Shown in pieces: positions 48,465 through 61,440 of a DNA stretch of 64,000 nucleotides (positions within the stretch are counted from its first letter, which is position 1; the number at the start of each line of letters is the position of its first letter). The stretch spans positions 25,172,001-25,236,000 of the forward strand of contig NC_091291.1 in the NCBI RefSeq assembly GCF_032444005.1, given 5' to 3'. The position numbers and the translations under genes were made by a program. Origin of the DNA: Ranitomeya imitator. Lineage: Eukaryota. Under the pieces are notes generated by a model. It was not told the origin of the DNA. It saw only the letters and a list, made by a program, of their open reading frames with translations, and did not search any database.

Positions 48465-50290
48465 CTTCAGTGAGAGCTGCTCGTAGGATTGCTAGAGAGG
48501 CAAATCAGAACTAGAGATGAGTGAACTTTTTCGGAAAATGTTCATCAATCTCAAATTTGGCACGAAGGTTGTGTATTCAGATTCTTGTTTGGATTCCTGA
48601 GCATTTTTCTAACAATCGGCAAAGTTCGGTAAATTATCAAGTTTTCACTATTGCTTTTGTTAGGACTTTGGCTAGGATAGTGGTGTTATATGATGAGCTG
48701 GGGAGACGAGAGGATGTATTTGCTTAGGGGCAGCAATGAAGAGAGGTCAGAGGAGCGGCGGACTATTATTCTTTTTTTTAATTAGCTTAATGTGTGGAGA
48801 TTACGGCAGCCAATCAGGGTTTAGAAACCATCCACAGTGTCCAGACACAAGAGCTTGTGTCATTGGCTGCCGAAATCACATGTCCCTCTCCATATGAAAA
48901 GTGGACATGGAGCTTTGGCGCCATTTTGTGACTGTAACAGCGCAGCGAGGCTGCTGCTACAGCAAGTACTCAGAGAGTTAGCTAAGCGGTATATTGTCAG
49001 AAAGTTCAGATAGATAGGATCCTGTGTCAAATCAACCTTCCAGCATATAAATCTTTTGTGCTAATTCTGTGGTCCAGACACACTTTCTCAGCAAATAGTG
49101 ATTGTTCATTTAGTGACAGGTGACTTACATCTGTGGGCCTAAGGTTGTGAAGCAGCAGGTTACAAGAGAGGAAGGGTACATACAACATGAGTGGGAAAAA
49201 GTGAGGTCGTGGTGGAAAAGGGAATAGGATTGGTATTTGAGGAGTACGTGGGGTAGGTGGTAATGATTCTGAGAGCTCTACTGAACAAACACCATCTTGT
49301 CCTATCCAAAGCCCACTGACAACATCTGTTACTGGACAGACTACTTGACTCCCTTTCTTTGGCAGCCACACAGCGGTACACCTTGTAGATCATTTTTCGC
49401 AATGTGGAGACTCCAAGTTGGGTTGTCATCTGGTGGGTTGCCGGTAGTGGAAGGGGTCTTAGAGCACCAGGCCTACACCTGTCACTCTTCCACCTCTTAC
49501 TGATCAATTTGTAAGCTAGAAATGCTGGGCCAGGCCCTGTCCCATCCATCCATGCTGTGTCATTATAAAATTTCTACTGAGCGTCAATTGATGCCACTTT
49601 TCCTGGTGTTTGCACCTAACTTTTGGAAATGTTTGGACTCCAAGTGTCCCCTGACGGTGTTTTCGATGCGGTTGGTTTTGCCTCCCATCGAATTCAATGG
49701 GGTTTAGATAACTTTGGGGAACTGTTCGAGGAACATCAGAAAGTTCGCTGAACCGTCTAGAATCGAACCTTAAAAGATTAGTTTATCTCTAATCAGAACC
49801 TCTGCTTGACTTCACAAGACCTTCAGAAAAATTTATCAGACTCTGGAGTTGTGGTACATTGTTCTACTGTTCAGAGACAAATATGGCCTTCATGGAAGAG
49901 TCATCAGAAGAAAACCTCTCCTGCGTCCTCTCCATAAAATTCAGCATCAGAAGTATGAAAAGATCTAAACAAGCCTAATGCAGTTTGAAAACAAGTTCTG
50001 TGGACCAATGAGGTTAAAATAGAACTCTTTTCCACCATGATCAAAAGTATGTGGGATGGAAGAGGGCACAGAATTTCAGGAAAAGAACATCTCGCCAACC
50101 ATTAAGCATGGACGGATCCATTATGCATTGTGGATGTGCTACAGCCAATGGCAAAGGGAACATTTCACGGGTAGAAGAAAGAATGGATTTAAAGAAATTT
50201 CTTGATGGAAACATCACATCATCTGTAATAAAGCTGAAGGTGAGAAGAGGATGGCTTCTACAAATGGATAATGATCAAAACACTGCCTCC
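48465..50290 (+). mobile_element. Old degraded Tc1 transposase remnant
   Basis: Remnants of the HTH region, of the LWTDExKIELF and KHGGGSIM motifs, and LQMDNDQ, in broken frames. Interrupted by a hAT element. Confidence 0.7.
48512..49791. mobile_element. Non-autonomous hAT element
   Basis: tagagatga...ttatctcta termini, 8-bp TSD ATCAGAAC. Confidence 0.85.
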
Positions 50291-50292
50291 TA

Positions 50293-51889
50293 CAGTGCCT
50301 ACAAGTAGTATTCAACCCCCTGCAGATTTAGCAGGTTTACACATTTGGAATTAACTTGGCATTGTGACATTTGGACTGTAGATCAGCCTGGAAGTGTGAA
50401 ATGCACTGCAGCAAAAAAGAATGTTATTTCTTTGCTTATTTTTTTTTTTTAAATTGTGAAAAGTCTTTTCAGAGGGTCATTTATAATTCAACCCCTCAAC
50501 CCACCAGAATTCTGTTTGGTTCCCCTAAAGTATTAAGAAGTAGTTCAGGCACAAAGAACAATGAGCTTCACATGTTTGGATTAATTATCTCTTTTTCCAG
50601 CCTTTTCTGACTATTTAAGTCCCTCCCCAAACTTGTTAACAGCACTCATACATGGTCAACATGGGAAAGACAAAGGAGCATTCCAAGGCCATCAGAGACA
50701 AGATCGTGTTGGGTCACAAGGCTGGCAAGGGGTACAAAACCCTTTCCAAGGAGTTGGGCCTACCTGTCTCCACTGTTGGGAGCATCATCCGGAAGTGGAA
50801 GGCTTATGGAACTACTGTTAGCCTTCCACGTCCTGGACAGCCTTTGAAAGTTTCCTCCCGTGCCGAGGCCAGGCTTGTCCGAAGAGTCAAGGCTAACCCA
50901 AGGACAACAAGGAAGGAGCTCCGGGAAGATCTCATGGCAGTGGGGACATTGGTTTCAGTCAATACCATAAGTAACGTACTCCACCGCAATGGTCTCCGTT
51001 CCAGACGAGCCTGTAAGGTACCTTTACTTTCAAAGCGTCATGTCAAGGCTCGTCTACAGTTTGCTCATGATCACTTGGAGGACTCTGAGACTGACTGGTT
51101 CAAGGTTCTCTGGTCTGATGAGACCAAGATCGAGATCTTTGGTGCCAACCACACACGTGACGTTTGGAGACTGGATGGCACTGCATACGACCCCAAAAAT
51201 ACCATACCTACAGTCAAGCATGGTGGTGGCAGCATCATGCTGTGGGGCTGTTTCTCAGCCAAGGGGCCTGGCCATCTGGTCTGCATCCATGGGAAGATGG
51301 ATAGCACGGCCTACCTGGAGATTTTGGCCAAGAACCTCCGCTCCTCCATCAAGGATCTTAAGATGGGTCGTCATTTCATCTTCCAAAAAGACAATGACCC
51401 AAAGCACACAGCCCAGAAAACCAAGGCCTGGTTCAAGAGGCAAAAAAATCAAGGTGTTGCAGTGGCCTAGTCAGTCTCCTGACCTTAACCCAATTGAAAA
51501 CTTGTGTAAGGAGCTCAATATTAAAGTCCACATGAGACACCCAAAGAACCTAGATAACTTGGAGAAGATCTGCATGGAGGAGTGGGCCAAGATAACTCCA
51601 GAGACCTGTGCCGGCCTGATCAGGTCTTATAAAAGACGATTATTAGCTGTAATTGCAAACAAAGGTTATTCCACAAAATATTAAACCTAGGGGTTGAATA
51701 ATAATTGACCCACACTTTTATGTTTAAAATTTATAAAAATTTAACTGAGCAACAAAACTTTTTGGTTTGTAAAATGTATGCATCTGTTAATAAATCCTGC
51801 TCTTGTTTGAAGTTTGAAGGCTCTAACTTATTTGCATCTTATTAAACCTGCTAAATCTGCAGGGGGTTGAATACTACTTGTAGGCACTG
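50293..51889 (+). mobile_element. Near-intact Tc1 (DD34E) transposon with IR/DR ends
   Basis: About 46-bp perfect TIRs and TA TSD. Inner direct repeats near 50485 and 51691. Transposase from ATG 50661 to 51684 with WSDE, KDNDPKH and SPDLNPIEN. One +1 frameshift in the A7 run at 51442-51448. Confidence 0.97.
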
Positions 51890-51891
51890 TA

Positions 51892-54800
51892 TGTGCAAGA
51901 ATATAACTACTATATTGCTGCCCCATGTACAAGAATATAACTACTATAATACTGCCCCCATGTGCAAGAATATAACTACTATAATACTGCCCCTATGTGC
52001 AAGAATATAACTACTATAATGTTGCCCCCTATGTACAAGAATATAACTACTATAATACTGCTCCTATATACAAGAATATAACTACTATAATACTGCCCCT
52101 ATGTACAAGAATATAACTACTATAATACTGCTCCTATATACAAGAATATAACTACTAAAATACTGCTCCTATGTACAAGAATATAACTACTATAATACTG
52201 CACCTATGTACAAGAATATAACTACTATAATACTGCTCCTATGTACAAGAATAGAACTACTATAATACTGCCCCTATGTGCAAGAATATAACTACTATAA
52301 TGTTGCCCCCTATGTACAAGAATATAACTACTATAATACTGCACCTATGTACAAGAATATAATTACTATAATACTGCTTCCTATGTACAAGAATATAACT
52401 ACTATAATACTGCCCCTATGTACAAGAATATAACTACTATAATACTGCCCCCTATGTACAAGAATATAACTATAATACTGCTCCCATGCACAAAAATATA
52501 ACTACTATAATACTGCACCTATGTACAAGAATATAACTACTATAATACTGCTCCTATGTACAAGAATATAATTACTATAATACTGCTCCTATGTACAAGA
52601 ATATAACTACTATAATACTGCCCCTATGTACAAGAATATAATTACTATAATACTGCTCCTATGTACAAGAATATAACTACTATAATACTGCCCCTATGTA
52701 CAAGAATATAACTACTATAATACTGCTTCCTATGTACAAGAATATAACTACTATTATACTGCTCCTATATACAAGAATATAACTATAATACTGCTCCCAT
52801 GCACAAGAATATAACTACTATAATACTGCACCTATATACAAGAATATAACTACTATAATACTGCTCCCTATGTACAAGAATATAACTACTATAATACTGC
52901 TCCTATGTACAAGAATATAACTACTATAATACTGCTCCCTATGTACAAGAATATAACTACTATTATACTGCTCCTATATACAAGAATAGAACTATAATAC
53001 TGCTCCTATGTACAAGAATACAGCTACTATAATACTGCCCCTATGTACAAGAATATAACTACTATTATACTGCTCCTATATACAAGAATATAACTATAAT
53101 ACTGCTCCCATGCACAAGAATGTAACTACTATAATACTGCCCCTATGTGCAAGAATATAACTACTATAATGTTGCCCCCTATGTACAAGAATATAACTAC
53201 TATAATACTGCTCCTATGTACAAGAATACAGCTACTATAAAACTGCCCCTATGTACAAGAATATAACTACTATAATACTGCCCCCTATGTACAAGAATAT
53301 AACTACTATAATACTGCCCCTATGTACAAGAATATAACTACTATAATACTGCTCCTATGTACAAGAAAATAACTACTATAATACTGCCCCTATGTACAAG
53401 AATATAACTACTATAATACTGCTCCTATATACAAGAATATAACTACTATAATACTGTTCCTATGTACAAGAATATAACTACTATAATACTGCTCCCTATG
53501 TACAAGAATATAACTACTATAATACTGCCCCCTATGTACAAGAATATAACTACTATAATACTGCCCCTATGTACAAGAATATAACTACTATAATACTGCC
53601 CCCTATGTACAAGAATATAACTAGTATAATACTGCCCCCTATGTACAAGAATATAACTATTATAATACTGCCCCTATATACAAGAATATAACTAGTATAA
53701 TACTGCCCCCTATGTACAAGAATATAACTACTATAATACTGCCCCTATGTACAAGAATATAACTACTATAATACTGCCCCTATGTACAAGAATATAACTA
53801 CTATAATACTGCTCCCTATGTACAAGAATATAACTACTATAATACTGCCCCCTATGTACAAGAATATAACTACTATAATACTGCCCCTATGTACAAGAAT
53901 ATAACTACTATAATACTGCCCCTATGTACAAGAATATAACTACTATAATACTGCTCCTATGTACAAGAATATAACTACTATAATACTGCTCCCTATGTAC
54001 AAGAATATAACTATTATAATACTGCCCCTATGTACAAGAATATAACTACTATAATACTGCCCCTATGTACAAGAATATAACTACTATAATACTGCCCCTA
54101 TGTACAAGAATATAACTACTATAATACTGCTCCTATGTACAAGAATATAACTACTATAATACTGCCCCCTATGTACAAGAATATAACTACTATAATACTG
54201 CCCCTATGTACAAGAATATAACTACTATAATACTGCCCCTATGTACAAGAATATAACTACTATAATACTGCTCCTATGTACAAGAATATAACTACTATAA
54301 TACTGCCCCCTATGTACAAGAATATAACTATTATAATACTGCCCCTATATACAAGAATATAACTAGTATAATACTGCCCCCTATGTACAAGAATATAACT
54401 ACTATAATACTGCCCCTATGTACAAGAATATAACTACTATAATACTGTCCCTATGTACAAGAATATAACTACTATAATACTGCTCCCTATGTACAAGAAT
54501 ATAACTACTATAATACTGCCCCCTATGTACAAGAATATAACTACTATAATACTGCTCCCTATGTACAAGAATATAACTACTATAATACTGACCCTATGTA
54601 CAAGAATATAACTACTATAATACTGTACCAATGTACAAGAATATAACTACTATAATACTGCCCCATGTACAAGAATATAACTACTATAATACTGCCCCCT
54701 ATGTAGAAGAATATAACTACTATAATACTGCTCCTATATACAAGAATATAACTACTATAATACTGCTCCTATGTACAAGAATATAACTACTATGATACTG

Positions 54801-55125
54801 CTCCTATGTACAAGAATATAACTACTATAATACTGCTCCTATGTACAAGAATATAACTACTATAATACTGCTCCTATGTACAAGAATATAACTACTATAA
54901 TACTGCCCCCTATGTACAAGAATATAACTATTATAATACTGCCCCTATGTACAAGAATATAACTACTATAATACTGCCCCCTATGTACAAGAATATAACT
55001 ACTATAATACTGCCCCTATGTACAAGAATATAACTATTATAATACTGCTCATATATACAAGAATATAACTATTATAATACTGCTCATATATACAAGACTA
55101 TAACTACTATAATACTGCTCCTATC
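51892..55125. repeat. 35-36-bp AT-rich satellite array (about 90 units)
   Basis: Unit TATGTACAAGAATATAACTACTATAATACTGC(C/T)CC(C). Confidence 0.98.
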
Positions 55126-55540
55126 TTATATACTATATGTATACATATACAAGTGAGTTACGGATGTGTAGTATGAAGGTAAATAACGTCACATTTACAC
55201 CAGTTTCTGTAACTTTATTTGTTTGCACCAGGGTCACCAACATGAACATTTGCTTTCATATTATACACAGTTGGTTTGTACTGTATGAACATGTGAAATC
55301 TATATCACAATAATAATAATAATAATGTTATGTAGTTTACCGGAGTTTACATCAAGCGATAAGTTACAGAATCTCTTGGGTTTGGGATAGGAGGGAAACG
55401 GAAAGACACAAGACGAATAGTTTTAAAAAGAGGTTGTTCCTCCATTGTTTTCAATCTGTAAAATTATTTTATGTTCAAGGTGGCGCTTGCAAGAGATTTC
55501 TTGCTAGGAAATATGTATCACATTTTGACTTCAAGCACAG

Positions 55541-55734
55541 CCAGAGCTGCATTCTAAATTCTGCTGTTAGACAAGAAGACTTTTCATCTTTTACACCTGA
55601 TGGTTCCATATTTGTATACGCCTTGTTTTGCTGTTGAATTGCGTGATATGAAACCTCAGCTAAACTGTTAGAGCTGTGTCTCGTCACCATATGCTGTGGC
55701 GATGTAGGCAGCAGAATCTAGAATGCAGCTCTGG
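55541..55734. mobile_element. Small hairpin MITE
   Basis: 21-bp inverted termini ccagagctgcattcta(a/g)attc. Confidence 0.6.
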
Positions 55735-56754
55735 AGTCATTGGAGCTTAAGACACGTACTAATTCAGGGTCAGTACAAGCAAGTATTGTTTGTAAAGTTA
55801 CATTGTGTGCAGATTCAAAGAAGGAAAATACAATCCAAATTCAGAATTTTGTACAAAGGATCTATTAGAAATTCCTAATATGAACTTAATATATGAATTA
55901 TCAGATGAAGATGTCGACAAAACCTCTAAAACCAAACCTGAAGCTACAAAGCTAAATTATAAAATTCTGCTTTTCCACAATCACCACTAGAGGGAGCTGA
56001 CTGCATACAGTGTTAATATTGGGTTCAATGTAAATGTTGTATACAATGAGGTAGTAAGCTCCCCCTAGTGGTGACTGTAGGCATAAAGAATTGAATAATT
56101 TAGCTTTGTTTTAGGATATTTGAGCTCGGACTTCTATAGGTAAATAAAAAAATTAATTCAACTTCAAATGTAACTCTCAGGAAAGTAATGGGCGAGATAA
56201 TTTATTTATTGGATCTATTATTTAGGTAAAGCTGCGATGTCCTCCTGCCGCCATCTGCAAAATCTTCACGGAACTTCTTTCTGCTTCATTTGTTTCCCTA
56301 CTCCCTTAATATCCATCACCCAAATGTGGATTTATAGCTACTGGAAACTAATACAAAGTCTGTAACAGGTCCCTACTCTCTGTATACTAGGTTTAATACT
56401 GATATACCTAGCAATGGGGTCCCTGGACCCCCTTAGCTGCTATCCTGGGCGACAGGTGGGTCTGCAGTTTTATCTGCAAATCATTCATAATATTAAATAT
56501 ATTTCAAAGGAATGTCTTTAATCAGTAAATTACCTATTGTATAAAGAAGGTTTTGTTGTACATGTATTTTTTTTAAATTAGCTGTGGGTTTTATATATAT
56601 TACATTCCATATCAATAAAATAGGAATCTTGCAATTTTGACACAGGACACTGGAGCAATATTGGATGCATACTTCCTGTTCTTTCAGAAAGAGTTTTCAG
56701 GAGTCTCATTATCATCAGAGGCAGGATTGCAATGCCTGATTACAACTTTACATA

Positions 56755-58075
56755 AAGTAGATAACACAGGATACATCATTCACAATAGGTGATGTCACAG
56801 CTCACCTCCTCCTCCTGTATAATGACTGATAACACCTCTATATACAGTAGATAACACAGGATCCACCATGCACAATAGGTGATATCACAGCTCACCTCCT
56901 CCTCCTGTACAATGACTGATAACACCTCTATATACAGTAGATAACACAGGATCCACCATTCACAATAGTGATGTCACAGCTCACCTCCTCCTCCTCCTCC
57001 TGTACAATGACTGATAACACCTCTATATACAGTAGATAACACAGGATCCACCTTTCACAATCGGTGATGTCACAGCTCACCTCCTCCTCCTGTACAACGA
57101 CTGATAACACCTCTATATACAGTAGATAACACAGGATCCACCCTTCACAATAGGTGATGTCACAGCTCACCTCCTCCTCCTGTACAACGACTGATAACAC
57201 CTCTATATACAGTAGATAACACAGGATCCACCACTCACAATAGGTGATGTCACAGCTCACCTCCTCCTCCTGTACAATGACTGATAACACCTCTATATAC
57301 AGTAGATAACACAGGATCCACCACTCACAATAGGTGATGTCACAGCTCACCTCCTCCTCCTGTACAATGACTGATAACACCTCTATATACAGTAAATAAC
57401 ACAGGATCCACCTTTCACAATAGGTGATGTCACAGCTCACCTCCTCCTCCTGTACAATGACTGATAACACCTCTATATACAGTAGATAACACAGGATCCA
57501 CCATTCACAATAGGTGATGTCACAGCTCACCACCTCCTCCTGTACAATGACTGATAACACCTCTATATACAGTAGATAACACAGGATCCACCTTTCACAA
57601 TAGGTGATGTCACAGCTCACCTCCTCCTCCTGTACAACGACTGATAACACCTCTATATACAGTAGATAACACAGGATCCACCACTCACAATAGGTGATGT
57701 CACAGCTCACCTCCTCCTCCTGTACAACGACTGATAACACCTCTATATACAGTAGATAACACAGGATCCACCCTTCACAATAGGTGATGTCACAGCTCAC
57801 CTCCTCCCCCTGTACAACGACTGATAACACCTCTATATACAGTAGATAACACAGGATCCACCACTCACAATAGGTGATATCACAGCTCACCTCCTCCTCC
57901 TCCTGTTCAATGACTGATAACACCTCTATATACAGTAGATAACACAGGATCCACCACTCACAATAGGTGATGTCACAGCTCACCTCCTCCTCCTCCTGCA
58001 CAATGACTGATAACATCTCTATATACAGTAGATAACACAGGGTCCACCATTCACAACAAGTGACATCACAGTAAC
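56755..58075. repeat. 90-bp minisatellite (about 14.5 units) with variable (CCT)n, probably carried by a T2/Kolobok-like element (about 56507-58338)
   Basis: acaggatcca recurs every 90 nt. Degenerate inverted termini aaaggaatgtc...attacc and ggtaat...cattcgcttt flank the array. Confidence 0.9.
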
Positions 58076-59840
58076 CTGTGCACACGCTCATTAGATGCTT
58101 CACTATAAATGACAGGGTCTGAATGAGTCTAGTGCTGCTAATGTACGTGTACATTTACTGAAACAACAGGAAGTAAGAATCTTAAAAGACCGAGTTGCCT
58201 TTGTGGGAAGTGCAAGATTTCTATTTTTGGAGGGTTTAATACAGATCATGTTAAGAAAAAAAAAAATCTGAAAATGTTTAAAAATATAGTTAACATAAAA
58301 AACAATTTAGGTAATTTTCTGGTGACACATTCGCTTTAGAGCAGTGTTGGAATTTACGTACTGAGAATAAATATTCTGTTGTGGAAAACATTTAACAAAA
58401 ACTTGTCAATTGGGAAAAAATAAATCTAAAAAAAAAAAAAAAAAATCCAGAGAGATCAACGACAAATCACATGGCAATCGCTTTATAAAACAAGATACTT
58501 TCATTGAAGGTTTATTGACCCTTCAATTTTATAAAAAGTGACGCTTTCAAGGTCGAATGGACGGGAAACGAATATCATTTTGAAAAAGTTCCTGTTACTG
58601 TGTATAACATGTATTTTACAATTATTAGATTTTCTAACTCAACCGCAGAAATATCATTAAGGTTTTAGTAACGATTGAAAAATAAAGTTTTTTCTTTATT
58701 TAGATTTAGGCAACTATGCTCAGGAAACCGGCGTTGACAGCATTTCGGCATTAATTGGAGTCCAGGGGGCGGCACTCTGCATAAATTAGGGAGTAAAGCT
58801 TAATATAAATAGAGTAGGAGAGAGAACAGCGCCCCCTGTATGGTTAGATGAAATAATTGGAGGATATTTGGGGGAAAAATACGGGAAATGCTTTAGATTT
58901 AGTAGAAAATCTCTGGCATAGATTGCACATGACACACGTAGCGAGTCCGCCTGGATACACAGGCTTCTGAATAGATGAAACGGAGCCACAAATAATAATT
59001 CCCAGAGTTATGGACTCATCAGGTTTATCAGATCCAGCACACATTAGCTTTTTTTTTTTTCCCCCCCGAAAACTAACAGCACAAAAGATTGTGGGTAGAG
59101 AAGAGATGGAACCATAAAACGTAAGACGACAGCTCGAAGCTCGCCCACTCCTTCTGACACAACTGGCGCCATTGCCTGGAGTCGATCCATCCAAGAGTCT
59201 ATCCGGCCAAGCAATCAATAACTATGGTGGGGGGAGAGTGATACTTAGAGGATTATTGCTAAAATACAGAATCGCTAACTAAAATCCAATGTATATGGAC
59301 AGCCCACAGGAAGTCATACAGTATAGGTGCGTAAATTTGCATGTAGAAGAGGAAGTTTGCCAAAAAAAAGGAAGTTGGGATTTTCCTTTGTTCTCAAGGG
59401 GCGGGGCTTTTGGAATCATAAAAAAACAATATTTATAAACATGAGTATACTATTGTAAACAATATAATATTTAAGTCCATAGATGTCATGTGACCACAGC
59501 AACCAATTAACTACTGACTTTAGTTTTAGTAAGGAATACTAGAACCTAGCCTTGGCTCTTTCCTTCCCTCCATTGTAAATCAGACCAATCAAAATGTTCC
59601 CTCTTCCTCACTGCAGCTGCATCTCCCTCCTCCCTCCTCATTTTATGTACAGATCTGTACAAATAAAACAATAAGTACACTTTAAACAATATAATGTATA
59701 TGCCTAAAATCTGCTTCAGGAAAACGCATCTCTTCTTCTTTTTCTTTTTTTCAATCCTTTGAAATTTTGGAGATTCATTTTTTTATGATCGTGGCCAGAC
59801 GTTGGGTCAGTTGTGTTTTGTGCTGTTAGATAAGTGGCCG

Positions 59841-60005
59841 TCATTTCACCCGGATTTCCGCGTAGTCAGTCAGCTCCTCGGGGGAGGTGTAGATGTCCAT
59901 TACACTTTTCTTTGTAAAGTCAATATTTGCATACTCAGAGTCCACGGTTGGTTTTTGCTTCCTCTTGCTCAATAGGATTCTTTCCGAAATACTGAGAAAT
60001 CGGTT
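59841..60005 (-). CDS. Terminal exon of an ITIM/ITSM inhibitory receptor (CD33-related Siglec-like)
   Basis: ttgtgtcttag|, phase 0, 165 nt: NRFLSISERILLSKRKQKPTVDSEYANIDFTKKSVMDIYTSPEELTDYAEIRVK*. SEYANI fits the ITIM consensus and the C-terminal TDYAEI fits an ITSM. Confidence 0.75.
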   Translation of the reverse strand, partial: NRFLSISERILLSKRKQKPTVDSEYANIDFTKKSVMDIYTSPEELTDYAEIRVK

Positions 60006-60617
60006 CTAAGACACAAAGTAAAAAAAGATTAAATTACAAAATTCATGCAGTGAACGTATGGAAACAAGGTAACTTAGTAGTGAAAACTGGAGATGAGCAG
60101 ACCAGGTAAAATACTAATTCACCTGATTTTCTCAGGAAATTTGATTTGTGAAGACATTATTCTTTGTGAATTTAATGCCCTTATTGTGTTCTGGGGAGTC
60201 TCAAGACGTAAAATGTAAAAAAAAAAATAAAAGTCTTATACTGACCTCACCACTCACCTCTCCAGCCCCTCCACTACTCACCAGCACCTGTCCAGTCCTA
60301 CAACATCTTCTAATGTCCTGCTGCTGGCATTGGAATCATCAAGCCTCTCACACTGTGCTGGACTTCTGGCTATCATAGTACCCAAGAGGATTTGACGCAG
60401 GCGTGGAACTTCAACGACATCATGACCCCACAACGCGCGTCGTAATCTTCCTGTTCGCATCCACCAAATACTCCCAGGCGTCATGACAGCCAAGAGCTTG
60501 GCATGTTGTGTGAAATTGAAGAATTCCATTGTGCTCAGCGGTGAGGAGCTGAGGGGATGGAGAGGTGAGTGGTAAGTTAAGTCTAAGTATTTTTTTTTTT
60601 TACCTTTCGATGGCCAA

Positions 60618-61167
60618 TGTCACACCGCAGCTATGCAGGTAGATGCACACTCCACTAGATGGTAGTAGAGTGGAGGGAAGTCTGCAACACTTGCCAGAGC
60701 AGACCTGCAGCGAGGCCACCAACAGGTGGCAATAGGATAGTCAAAAAAGCCGTGTCAAAACCAGAAGAGTAACATAGTGCAAATGGGAAAATAAACTCAG
60801 AGTCAGAGTCACACCAGAGGGTCAATACCAGACGGAAGCAGAAGTAACAAGAGCAAAAGACAGAGTCAGGTCAGAGACAAAGCCGAGTCAAGTACCAGAG
60901 AGTCCAAACACAAAGGGAAAACATTGAGTCGGAACAGGGGAAGGTGAATGAGCAGACACGGGAACAGTCAGGAATCGCAGCAGGACAAATTAGAATATAA
61001 CCAGAGTCAGCTACTCGTGCCGTAGGCATAAGCTATAACTCACACCACATGCAGGATTCAGCGGAGATATATAGCAAACCTGAGACCAGACTGAGGCTGA
61101 GAAAAGTTAGCCCCTGACATGATCAGAAAGGGAAGACAGGACTCAAAACCCGGTCTGGATCATGACA
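60618..61167. mobile_element. Degenerate solo LTR in the receptor intron
   Basis: TGTCA...TGACA termini, imperfect flanks (gccaa/cccat). Confidence 0.55.
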
Positions 61168-61371
61168 CCCATCATGGTTCAGAAAAATGATAGCATTTTG
61201 CTGAATCCATATGTAAGCAAATTTCAGAAAATCCTCATTTTGGTGAATGATATTTGTAAAATTTGAGTAGAATTTAATTCCACCCCAGCTCCACTGTAAA
61301 TATCAACAGCCATTTAAAGTCTAGGAAATATAAGAATACCGCTCCACCCAAAACTTTTCAGAAGTTATGAC

Positions 61372-61440
61372 CTTCTTGCTTAGGTAGTAGGTGCTCTCCA
61401 CTGAATTCTTAGGGGGGATGCTGCTTGTTTGCTCCTTTTC
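61372..61440 (-). CDS. Candidate internal cytoplasmic exon of the receptor
   Basis: 69 nt, phase 0-0, open (EKEQTSSIPPKNSVESTYYLSKK). Weak acceptor and weak gtcata donor. Confidence 0.35.

Noticed and set aside
51892-55125. CRISPR-like periodic array
   Set aside because: Head-to-tail satellite with no unique spacers, no cas genes, and a eukaryotic context.
55475-55690. ORF containing ITIM-like VSYHAI
   Set aside because: Lies inside a hairpin MITE (55541-55734) and is not at a terminal-exon position.
55805-55990. Plus-strand 61-aa ORF with a possible acceptor and LNYKIL
   Set aside because: No upstream partner exons (the flank is satellite and TE) and no family resemblance.
56928-58154. 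408-aa Cys/Trp-rich ORF
   Set aside because: It is the translation of the 90-bp (30-codon) minisatellite, with no unique domain or gene context.
59080-59120. Plus-strand 41-nt segment with strong acceptor and donor
   Set aside because: Isolated, two of three frames are closed, and no partner exons were found.
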